A stretch of DNA of 64,000 nt from Macrostomum lignano (Eukaryota). Position 1 is the stretch's first letter; every line of letters begins with the position of its first letter. The notes beneath the pieces were generated by a model that was not told the DNA's origin, searched no databases, and saw nothing but the letters and a program-made list of their open reading frames with translations. Position numbers and translations under genes: made by a program. The stretch lies in NCBI GenBank assembly GCA_002269645.1, contig NIVC01002048.1, positions 40,317 through 104,316 on the forward strand, given 5' to 3'. Below, piece by piece: positions 1 through 11,300 of the stretch.

Positions 1-115
1 CCCCCCCCCAGTTCTTGGACTGAACAGCCGTACGCAGCCTTCAGATACTGCGGCTGAGCTGTCGGTTGCACATCTGGCCCAATTAGGGCAGTTGTAATCG
101 ATTATTATTATTTGT
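1..115 (+). mobile_element. 3' part of a SINE copy in the last CYFIP intron
   Basis: 1-60 (C-run, cttggactgaacagccgtacgcagccttcagat..gcggctgagctg) matches 38115-38205, the tail of the tRNA-headed element at 37958; ends in an (att)n tail. Confidence 0.5.
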
Positions 116-196
116 ACATGCCTGACGGTTAGAAAGTCAGGGCCGCTGCACACTGCTCCGATCCCATGTCTGTTTCCACCGCGTCCTCGCCCTCAG

Positions 197-667
197 CCCG
201 TGTGGACAGTGCAGGAGACGCCCAAGAACGGCGTGATGTTCGTAGACGAGTGCCTGGAATTCCACCGGATCTGGTCGGCGATCCAGTTCGCCTGCTGCAT
301 CCCGCCAGGTGAGCACGAGTTCACCGTCGAAGAGCTATTCGGCGAAGGCCTTCAATGGGCCGGCGCCGCGCTGCTGGTGCTGCTCGGTCAGGAGCGCCGA
401 TTCGAACTGTTGGACTTCTCTTATCACCTGCTGCGGGTGAACAAGTTCGACCAGTTGGAGGGCTCTCAGATGGGCTTCTCGCTCAAGGCTATGGCCGATA
501 GGATCAGGAAATTTCAAATTCTTAACGTCCAGCAACTGGCTGCCGTTGGCCGGTACGCCAGGCGGGACCAGCAGCAGCAGCTGGCGGATGCTGAGCAGGT
601 GCGCTGCTTCGACTGTCCTCGGCTGCCTGACGAGGAGGGCGAAGACGCCGCTGATGAGGCCTGGTAG
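197..667 (+). CDS. CYFIP: Terminal exon of cytoplasmic FMR1-interacting protein (CYFIP/Sra-1)
   Basis: Acceptor cag at 194-196. NGVMFVDECLEFHRIWSAIQF..FTVEELFGEGLQWAG..LLGQERRFELLDFSYHLL..MADRIRKFQILN..EQVRCF matches the CYFIP1/2 C-terminus; stop tag 665-667. Upstream exons lie outside the window. Confidence 0.95.
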   Translation, partial: PVWTVQETPKNGVMFVDECLEFHRIWSAIQFACCIPPGEHEFTVEELFGEGLQWAGAALLVLLGQERRFELLDFSYHLLRVNKFDQLEGSQMGFSLKAMADRIRKFQILNVQQLAAVGRYARRDQQQQLADAEQVRCFDCPRLPDEEGEDAADEAW

Positions 668-716
668 CCAGATTTACCGTTTGACCCTTGTTGATTGAGC
701 GATTCTTATTAATTCA

Positions 717-1185
717 GTGACTCCTTGTGTTTCTGTGACCCTGAGTGACTCAATGGCTAATGTGACCCCTAGTGACTCAGTGACCTATAGTGACTTAGTG
801 ACCTCTAGTGACTCAGTGACCTATAGTGCTTCGGTGACCTATAGTGACTCAGTGACCCCTAGTGACTCAGTGACCTATAGTGACTTAGTGACCTCTAATG
901 ACTCAGTGACCTATAGTGCTTCGGTGACCTATAGTGACTCAGTGACTGACTTTGTGACCCCTAGTGACTCAGTGACTTAGTGACCTATCGTGACTCAGTG
1001 ACCTATAGTGCTTCGGTGACTAGCACTCGGTGACCTATAGTGACTCAGTAACTGACTATGTGACCTCTAGGGGCTCAGTGACCTATAGTGATTCGGCGAC
1101 CTATAGTGATTCAGTGACCTATAGTGACTCAGTGACTGACCTTGTAACCCCAACTGACTCAGTGACCCCTTAAGTGACTCAGAGG
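717..1185. repeat. 18-bp-based minisatellite (gtgacctatagtgactca variants)
   Basis: Direct tandem units visible; ORF 717..980 is its translation. Confidence 0.9.
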
Positions 1186-2426
1186 GTTTAGTGTAGTCTA
1201 TGTTGTGTCATAGATTATCCTTAACTTTTTCCCTGAAATGCCATTTACCTCTTAAGTTTTTATAAAATCTCACCTACTAACCTGTTTTATATATTCAGTA
1301 AATTTGCCCATGATTTGTCTCTCCTTTTAAGTGCCTAATTAAGATAATAGTTGGAATTTTTCCTAAACAAAATTTTATTATTTAAACACTGCAACCTTTA
1401 AGCACTGATATGCTATAAACGTTTTACCTGCAACTACTGTGTGTACCTGCGCGCCATCAATATAACAAGTTCATTCTGGCTTTAAAATGTTATCTATCGA
1501 TACATATCGGCTGGTTTCAATGTACATTTAACCTGTGTGCTGTTATATATAGTGTGCTAAATTTTTCAATTTTAAATAACAAGCGTAATTTGAGTTGAAA
1601 GTATTTAATGTCAACAATGGGTGTTATTTATTATCTTTGTAATCCTTCTTAGTTTACTAAGTCGGTAATCACTTCCATTTTGCTAAGTTTATATGCCAAT
1701 GCTGATGCCATCTTATTCGATCATTTTTTAATAATGAACCAAAATTTACCGCACTGCGCTACTTAACCAAGCATGGCAGTAGTATATTTGGTGCGAGTAG
1801 CTATTTTAAATTTTCAATTCCAGTTAGGCAACAAATTGTATATAAACACAGCTCGTTTATGTGTAACATTTTGCGAGCTTCTAACATTTTTTGATATTCT
1901 TGATTTTAGAAAACTCTATAACTACTTTCCGTTCAGTAGTTGAGAGGGGTTTTGATGCCTTTTTAAAAAATAATATATGAAAAATTTACAGAATAGAAAT
2001 TTCTGTCGAGTGTAAAAAAATACTAAATCTATTTTTGTAACCTACTTTTCGTGAATTTGAAATTTCCTGAAAACTTCTGGGAGCCGAGTACAAAACTATA
2101 CATTTAGCTTAGGGAATGCAAGCAGTATTGACAGAGAACATGCATCCAGTCCGTGATATATAAAGGTCGATTTCACAAGCTTGAAACTTCATATCTTCAG
2201 ACGCTAAACTGTATAAGCTGGAAAATTCACAAGGCTGATTAAAACTTCACACTCTTATAACTTCACAATCTTGAAACTTCACAATTTATTGAGGACGTTC
2301 AAGCTACTTACTTGCATGCAGTAAGTAGTATAAACTGGCCAATAAAGCTACACACATGAAACAATGTCGCCAGCTATTTATAAGACCCTCTCTTATCTTG
2401 GCGCCACACTCGCTTCGGCCAGTGCG

Positions 2427-2499
2427 GATCCCGTGGTGTAGTGGTTATCACATCTGTCTAACACACAGAAGGTCCCCAGTTCGAGCCTGGGCGGGATCA
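2427..2499 (+). tRNA. tRNA-Val, anticodon AAC
   Basis: 73 nt cloverleaf: acceptor stem GATCCCG/CGGGATC, D arm TGGTGTAGTGGTTATCA, anticodon arm TCTGT-CTAACAC-ACAGA, T loop GTTCGAG; T-run Pol III terminator at about 2504-2508. Confidence 0.96.
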
Positions 2500-2938
2500 A
2501 TTCTTTTTCTTGGAATTTATGATCCTTTTTAGTTTGGTTTCGAAAATTTATTTAAATTTAATAATAAAAAAGACTTGTGTGGTCCTTTTTTAATAGGCCT
2601 GATTACGACTGACTTTTTCAACAAAAAACAAAAATCGAAGATCTGCCCCGTGGTCTCTACTTGTAAAGTAGTATCAGTCCTATCATACGCTGCCTAGAAG
2701 GTAATATAAACAACTGCTCATGTTACGCACAAAGAAGCAATTAACAAGGCGATTAGCTTCCTTCAAGTCCTGACTACCCCACTAACCAAGGCAGATTCTC
2801 GAGCGAAACCTGACTTCTGTCATTGTCTTCTTCTGCCCTCTAATTTTCTGCTTCTGGCTTAAGTGGACGGGCAAGTCGTCTTCTCTGATTCTCTCTCTGG
2901 AGCAAGACAAATTAGAAATGATAGTATTGTGAACTTAC

Positions 2939-3059
2939 TTTATAAGGCTTATAGTAGCACAACTGTTTTGAGTAATGTACATGTGACCTCTGAGCACCAC
3001 TTGGTTTCGGGTCATACAGCTATACGAGTGGTCAATGCTATGCAACACCGTCTTGCACC
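2939..3059 (-). pseudogene. GRAM-domain-like coding fragment, disrupted or mis-assembled
   Basis: Reads IDHSYSCMTRNQVVLRGHMYITQNS; adding one T gives LCYYKPYK, resembling the GRAM pattern YSC..L.G.(L/M)Y(I/L)..N.LC(F/Y)Y. Good donor gtaagt at 2938. Neighbouring exons do not join cleanly. Confidence 0.35.
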
Positions 3060-4068
3060 CTGTCTCTCTTCATGTCTCACCCTGTCTCTCTTCATGTCTC
3101 ACCCTGGTCTCTCTTCATGTCTCACCCTGATTCGCATGTCTCACCCTGTCTCTCTTAGTGTTTCACACTGTCTCTCATCGTGTCTCACCCTGTTTCTTTC
3201 TTGTCTCACGCTGCCTCTCCTCGTGTCTCACCCTGTCTCTCATAGTGTCTCACCCTGTCTCTCTTCTTGTCTCACCCTGCCTCTCCTCGTGTCTCACCCT
3301 GTCTCTCATAGTGTCTTACCCTGTCTCTCATAGTGTCTCACCCTGTCTCTCTTCATGTCTCACCCTGATTCTCATGTCTCACCCTGTCTCTCTTCATGTC
3401 TCACCCTGTCTCTCTTCATGTCTCACCCTGATCTCTCTTCATGTCTCACCCTGTCTCTCTTCATGTCTCACCCTGATTCTCATGTCTCACCCTGTCTCTC
3501 TTCATGTCTCACCCTGATCTCTCTTCATGTCTCACCCTGTCTCTCTTCATGTCTCACCCTGTCTCTCTTCCTGTCTCACCCTGTCTCTCTTCATGTCTCA
3601 CCCTGTCTCTCTTCATGTCTCACCCTGTCTCTCTTTATGTCTCACCCTGTCTCTCTTCATGTCTCACCCTGTCTCTCTTCATGTCTCACCCTGTCTCTCT
3701 TCATGTCTCACCCTGTCTCTCTTCATGTCTCACCCTGTCTCTCTTCATGTCTCACCCTGTCTCTCTTTATGTCTCACCCTGTCTCTCCTCGTGTCTCACC
3801 CTGTCTCTCTTTATGTCTCACCCTGTCTCTCCTCGTGTCTCACCCTGTCTCTCTTTATGTCTCACCCTGTCTCTCATAGTGTCTCACCCTGTCTCTCTTC
3901 ATGTCTCACCCTGATCTCTCTTCGTGTCTCACCCTGTCTCTCCTCGTGTCTCACCCTGTCTCTCTTAGTGTCTCACCCTGTCTCTCTTCCTGTCTCACCC
4001 TGTCTCCCTTCATGTCTCACCCTGTCTCTCTTCTTGTCTCACCCTGTCTCTCTTCTTGTCTCACCCTG
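3060..4068. repeat. 22-bp minisatellite (tgtctcaccctgtctctcttca)
   Basis: About 45 tandem units; the ORFs at 2863-4261 are its translations. Confidence 0.92.
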
Positions 4069-5271
4069 CATCTTTCGTTTCTCACGATCCGTCAGCCAGC
4101 AGCTCTCCCTGCTATGCCAGAGCAATCATTGCTTCGTCCTGTCTGCGCAGGAAGACTCTGAGTGCACGCAATTCGAGCAGAGTCGCAACATTTATCCAAC
4201 AAATGAGTTTGCTGGGCCATCCACGAAGTGGCACCCTGGGGGGGAGCAGCGTGAAACTTGAGAAGCGCTAATCACAGCTCTGCTCTCCGCCCCCCCCCCT
4301 CTCTCCATCACTGACTTTAAAGGCATTTCATCTGAGAGCCCGCATTGCGCCCCCTACGAGCGCATTTTGCAGACAAGGGGCACCCCAGGTGTGTGGGGTT
4401 AGCTCCGTACCCAGATAAATAATAGAGGGAAGCTGAATATAGGCAAAAATGATGACGCCAGGGACCGCTGCTAGTAGAAACTTGGACTGGAAGTGGATCC
4501 GCTGTCGCACCTCGAACCTATACCCAGAATCTGAAAACTCTAATTTTCTGAAATCAGATGATTTAATAAGATATCTATTTGTTTTTTGCTTTATTGCATT
4601 AAATTTAATAGCTTCCAGTCCAGGTTTACAGCGGTCCTTGAGTTCTCCCGCTTCTATAATAGCCCATTGTCTGAGAAGCTTTATCAAGCAAGGGGTGCCA
4701 GTGGGGGAGCGCCATGGGGGGCGAGGGAGGCGATGAGATGAACGCTCTGGGCTGCTGTCAAAGGCGCAGGTGTTAACATAGACAGACCGTTTTAACAAAG
4801 GCAAGTAGCAAAATTTGACTTTTTGACTTGAAGAGCTCCGCTTTAATTTAGGACTGCACAGACTCCAAGGTATTTGTTGTTTTATTTTCATTGTCATTAT
4901 GATTTATAATCAGAAAAATTAACATCAAATGGGATATGAAGACAGACTGGGGATATGAAGACAGACTGGGGATATGAAGATAGACTGGGGATTTATAGCT
5001 GAAATAAGACTCTTAGTAAACAGAAATAGCTCGTTATTACAGTTTAGCAACCAGAATGCAACATTAGGACAAAACAGGACAAAAAGCTTTATAGATAAAA
5101 ATTATCTTATTTTTTGACATCGCTATTTTATTATGTATTCAGTCAAGGAGTTTTTCTAAAAAAATTCTCAGGCTAAGCTTTTAAATCGTTTTAAAATGCT
5201 TATTTGTCTTTCTGTAGCTTTATAGCTTCTGTCAGTGAAGTGATAATTAAACCGACCGCTGAAGCAGCCAC

Positions 5272-5548
<277 letters not shown>

Positions 5549-5636
5549 TCTATCTTCTACGAACTCATGGACAACTGATTGGTAATTTTAATTAGTGTAA
5601 GTCTGAATATTTTGAGTTCGTTCAGCGACAGCAGCT

Positions 5637-6287
5637 TCAGGCGGTTGCGGTCGTCTCCACGGAGTCCTGCTGCTGGTGGGTCCTGGCGTGTTTGGCCAGG
5701 TGGTCCGACCTGGTGAACCGCTTGCCGCAGGCGGAACAGCCGAACCGCCTTTCACCTGTGTGAGTTCGCACATGTCGCTGCAGCTCGTCCGACCTGGTGA
5801 ACCGCTTGCCGCACAGGGTCCAGTGGCACAGGAAGGGCCGTTCGCCCGTGTGCCAACGCAGATGAGCTTTCAGGTGGGAAGTTTTGCTGTACACCTTGCC
5901 GCAGCCCGGCACGTGGCAGTTGTGCAGCCCATTGCTCGCAGTGTTGACGGAGCATCTGAGCTGCTGGTGCTGCAGCTGAGCCTGCTGGCAGTTCGGGCAG
6001 TCACACGGGCTGATCGCTGCTCCATACTTTGAGGTGTTCGACTTTCGTCTAGCGGGCTGCGGCGGCGGTGGCGGAGGCGGCGGTGGCGGAGGCGGCGGCG
6101 GCGGCGGTGGCGGCGGTGGCGAAGTTGGCACCAAGTAGCTGGCAGGCTGGTACGTGCCGGAAAAATAGCAGCTGTATTGGATCTGCGGCTGACCATATTG
6201 ATGAAGCTGGTTGGGCAGCTGGGAGTGCCACGCAGTTGAGCAATGCAAGCTTGGAAGTTGGTCAGCCGAGGCGGTTGAGGCAGCCTC
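5637..6287 (-). CDS. Sp/buttonhead-family (Sp5-like) C2H2 zinc-finger transcription factor, main exon
   Basis: Btd box CDCPNC followed by three fingers [65 protein letters not shown]; poly-Pro tract; acceptor at 6288-6290 in frame. First exon unresolved, possibly near 7350-7390. Confidence 0.92.
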   Translation of the reverse strand, partial: EAASTASADQLPSLHCSTAWHSQLPNQLHQYGQPQIQYSCYFSGTYQPASYLVPTSPPPPPPPPPPPPPPPPPPPPQPARRKSNTSKYGAAISPCDCPNCQQAQLQHQQLRCSVNTASNGLHNCHVPGCGKVYSKTSHLKAHLRWHTGERPFLCHWTLCGKRFTRSDELQRHVRTHTGERRFGCSACGKRFTRSDHLAKHARTHQQQDSVETTATA

Positions 6288-6354
6288 CTGTGTGATTCAC
6301 AGGTTAATTTTTAGCATGCAGCAAGCATAGTGCCAATTCATACAATATATTTGT

Positions 6355-7335
6355 TGAGCTCACTCATGAACTCAGTCAGTACTTCAGTCATGAACTCACT
6401 CATGAACTCAGTCAGTACTTCAGTCATGAACTCACTCATGAACTCAGTCATTACCTCAGTCATGAACTCAGTCATGAACTCAGTCAGTACCTCACTCATG
6501 AACTCAGACAGTAACTCAGTCATGAACTCACTCATGAAGTCAGTCATTACCTCAGTCATGAACTCACTCATGAAGTCAGTCATTATCTCAGTCATGAACT
6601 CACTCATGAACTCAGTCATTACCTCAGTCATGAACTCACTCATGAACTCAGTCAGTACCTCAGTCATGAACTCAGTCATGAACTCAGTCAGTACCTCAGT
6701 CATGAACTCAGTCATGAACTCAGTCAGTACCTCAGTCATGAACTCACTCCTGAACTCAGTCAGTACCTCAGTCATGAACTCACTCATGAACTCAGTCAGT
6801 ACCTCAGTCATGAACTCAGACAGTAACTCAGTCATGAACTCACTCATGAAGTCAGTCATTACCTCAGTCATGAACTCACTCATGAAGTCAGTCATTATCT
6901 CAGTCATGAACTCACTCATGAACTCAGTCATTACCTCAGTCATGAACTCACTCATGAACTCAGTCAGTACCTCAGTCATGAACTCAGTCATGAACTCAGT
7001 CAGTACCTCAGTCATGAACTCAGTCATGAACTCAGTCAGTACCTCAGTCATGAACTCACTCATGAACTCAGTCAGTACCTCAGTCATGAACTCACTCATG
7101 AACTCAGTCAGTACCTCAGTCATGAACTCACTCCTGAACTCAGTCAGTACCTCAGTCATGAACTCACTCATGAACTCAGTCAGTACCTCAGTCATGAACT
7201 CACTCATGAACTCAGTCAGTACCTCAGTCATGAACTCACTCATGAACTCAGTCAGTACCTCAGTCATGAACTCACTCCTGAACTCAGTCAGTACCTCAGT
7301 CATGAACTCAGTCATGAACTCAGTCAGTACCTCAA
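6355..7335. repeat. 12/36-bp composite minisatellite (tcatgaactcag / tcagtacctcag)
   Basis: Tandem units; source of ORFs 6330..7412 and 6338..7351. Confidence 0.92.
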
Positions 7336-8302
7336 TAAGCACCCCACCCACGCCAGGCAGCTCTTTGTCAAGTCTGTCATGCGCGTGTTTGTTATTTTTT
7401 TACTGTGTATAAAGTGTTATTCTTTTGCTACTTTCTCCTGAAGACAGACGAATGGAGAGGGAACAGGGGAGGAGTGAGGATAAATTTGAACTATCTGCAT
7501 CCTCAAACGCCAACTGCCATATAAAGGAGGTGGCTTAAAAGGGGACAGAGAGGAGGCGCTCATCATGCCATCTGTCGAGTTGCGAACTGATTCCGAATTT
7601 AGCCCTGCTTCAAGTATATTTTATGCATCTCCTCTTCTCGGGATTGGAAATTAGCATACGCGAGGAACAAATAGAGGAGGGCTGTCTATGGCCGGGCCAG
7701 CTTCCTATACGGGGATTTTGTTCTTGGGATATTTTGATTCACTTATCTCATAAATCTGATCCTACTTATGGATTCACGAACTCACGAACTCACAAAATCA
7801 TTTCTTAAGTCTTGAAGCCATAAAAATCACTTATTTTTTCATTCATTCACTCACCTGATAATGAACGCCAAAGTTTGACATAACAATTGGCTAATGGGTT
7901 CAAAATTATTGCGTCGATTCTCTGAAGCTTTCAGGATTTTTTTAATGGGCCAAATTAACAACAGTAGCAGTTATAAATATCTTATAATATTTTTATTAGC
8001 AGAATAATTAGCAGATATCTTAGAACTCGAGAAGCAGATTGAAGAGTGAGTTCTGCTTTGTCCAAACATGAAGGCGGGGTCGGCAAGGAGTCCTTGTCTT
8101 TGCCGGCTTGTCATCCACCCACCCCCAGCCCTCACCCTCTCCAACTCCAGTTTGATGGGTCCACGTGTCTCATTGGACAGCGCCTGTCAACAACTCCCTG
8201 CCTCCGTTCTGACACTCGCGTGGCGTCTCCGGCTCTGCTTCATTGGCCAGCGTCCTCCATCCCAGCTTCCTAATGGCATTCTGCTATGCTGTTCTCACTA
8301 CT

Positions 8303-11300
8303 AACTCTATCCGTGTCTATTCCCCATTCTCTATCCGTGTCTATTCCCCATTCTCTATCCGTGTCTATTCCCCATTCTCTATCCATGTCTATTCTCCATT
8401 CTCTATCCGTGTCTATTCCCCATTCTCTATCCGTGTCTATTCCCCATTCTCTATCCGTGTCTATTCCCCATTCTCTATCCGTGTCTATTCCCCATTCTCT
8501 ATCCGTGTCTATTCTCCATTCTCTATCCGTGTCTATTCCCCATTCTCTATCCATGTCTATTCCCCATTCTCTATCCGTGTCTATTCCCCATTCTCTATCC
8601 GTGTCTATTCCTCATTCTCTATCCGTGTCTATTCCCCATTCTCTATCCGTGTCTATTCCCCATTCTCTATCCGTGTCTATTCCCCATTCTCTATCCGTGT
8701 CTATTCCCCATTCTCTATCCGTGTCTATTCCCCATTCTCTATCCGTGTCTATTCCCCATTCTCTATCCGTGTCTATTCCCCATTCTCTATCCGTGTCTAT
8801 TCCCCATTCTCTATCCGTGTCTATTCCCCATTCTCTATCCGTGTCTGTTCCCCATTCTCTATCCGTGTCTATTCCCCATTCTCTATCCGTGTCTATTCCC
8901 CATTCTCTATCCGTGTCTATTCCCCATTCTCTATCCGTGTCTATTCCCTATTCTCTATCCGTGTCTATTCCCCATTCTCTATCCGTGTCTATTCCCCATT
9001 CTCTATCCGTGTCTATTCCCCATTCTCTATCCATGTCTATTCCCCATTCTCTATCCGTGTCTATTCCCCATTCTCTATCCGTGTCTATTCCTCATTCTCT
9101 ATCCGTGTCTATTCCCCATTCTCTATCCGTGTCTATTCCCCATTCTCTATCCGTGTCTATTCCCCATTCTCTATCCGTGTCTATTCTCCATTCTCTATCC
9201 GTGTCTATTCCCCATTCTCTATCCATGTCTATTCCCCATTCTCTATCCGTGTCTATTCCCCATTCTCTATCCGTGTCTATTCCTCATTCTCTATCCGTGT
9301 CTATTCCCCATTCTCTATCCGTGTCTATTCCCCATTCTCTATCCGTGTCTATTCCCCATTCTCTATCCGTGTCTATTCCCCATTCTCTATCCGTGTCTAT
9401 TCCCCATTCTCTATCCGTGTCTATTCCCCATTCTCTATCCGTGTCTATTCCCCATTCTCTATCCGTGTCTATTCCCCATTCTCTATCCGTGTCTATTCCC
9501 CATTCTCTATCCGTGTCTATTCTCCATTCTCTATCCGTGTCTATTCCCCATTCTCTATCCGTGTCTATTCCCCATTCTCTATCCGTGTCTATTCCCCATT
9601 CTCTATCCGTGTCTATTCCCCATTCTCTATCCGTGTCTATTCCCCATTCTCTATCCGTGTCTATTCCCCATTCTCTATCCGTGTCTATTCCCCATTCTCT
9701 ATCCATGTCTATTCGCCATTCTCTATCCGTGTCTATTCCCCATTCTCTATCCGTGTCTATTCCTCATTCTCTATCCGTGTCTATTCCCCATTCTCTATCC
9801 GTGTCTATTCCCCATTCTCTATCCGTGTCTATTCCCCATTCTCTATCCGTGTCTATTCCCCATTCTCTATCCGTGTCTATTCCCCATTCTCTATCCGTGT
9901 CTATTCCCCATTCTCTATCCGTGTCTATTCCCCATTCTCTATCCGTGTCTATTCCCCATTCTCTATCCGTGTCTATTCCCCATTCTCTATCCGTGTCAAT
10001 CCCCATTCTCTATCCGTGTCTATTCCCCATTCTCTATCCGTGTCTATTCCCCATTCTCTATCTGTGTCTGTTCCCCATTCTCTATCCGTGTCTATTCCCC
10101 ATTCTCTATCCGTGTCTATTCCCCATTCTCTATCCGTGTCTATTCCTCATTCTCTATCCGTGTCTATTCCCCATTCTCTATCCGTGTCTATTCCCCATTC
10201 TCTATCCGTGTCTATTCCCCATTCTCTATCCGTGTCTATTCCCCATTCTCTATCCGTGTCTATTCCCCATTCTCTATCCGTGTCTATTCCCCATTCTCTA
10301 TCCGTGTCTATTCCCCATTCTCTATCCGTGTCTATTCCCCATTCTCTATCCGTGTCTATTCCCCATTCTCTATCCGTGTCTATTCCCCATTCTCTATCCG
10401 TGTCTATTCCCCATTCTCTATCCGTGTCTGTTCCCCATTCTCTATCCGTGTCTATTCCCCATTCTCTATCCGTGTCTATTCCCCATTCTCTATCCGTGTC
10501 TATTCCCCATTCTCTATCCGTGTCTATTCCCCATTCTCTATCCGTGTCTATTCCCCATTCTCTATCCATGTCTATTCGCCATTCTCTATCCGTGTCTATT
10601 CCCCATTCTCTATCCGTGTCTATTCCTCATTCTCTATCCGTGTCTATTCCTCATTCTCTATCCGTGTCTATTCCCCATTCTCTATCCGTGTCTATTCCCC
10701 ATTCTCTATCCGTGTCTTTCCCCATTCTCTATCCGTGTCTATTCCCCATTCTCTATCCGTGTCTATTCCCCATTCTCTATCCGTGTCTATTCCCCATTCT
10801 CTATCCGTGTCTATTCCCCATTCTCTATCCGTGTCTATTCCCCATTCTCTATCCGTGTCAATCCCCATTCTCTATCCGTGTCTATTCCCCATTCTCTATC
10901 CGTGTCTATTCCCCATTCTCTATCTGTGTCTGTTCCCCATTCTCTATCCGTGTCTATTCCCCATTCTCTATCCGTGTCTATTCCCCATTCTCTATCCGTG
11001 TCTGTTCCCCATTCTCTATCCATGTCTATTCCCCATTCTCTATCCGTGTCTATTCCCCATTCTCTATCCGTGTCTATTCCCCATTCTCTATCCGTGTCTA
11101 TTCCCCATTCTCTATCCGTGTCTATTCCCCATTCTCTATCCGTGTCTATTCTCCATTCTCTATCCGTGTCTATTTCCATTCTCTATCCGTGTCTATTCCC
11201 CATTCTCTATCCGTGTCTATTCCCCATTCTCTATCCGTGTCTATTCTCCATTCTCTATCCGTGTCTATTCTCCATTCTCTATCCGTGTCTATTCCCCATT

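Noticed and set aside
7360-8240. TCF/LEF sites upstream of the Sp gene
   Set aside because: Only partial matches (gtttgatg, ctttgt) that are expected by chance.
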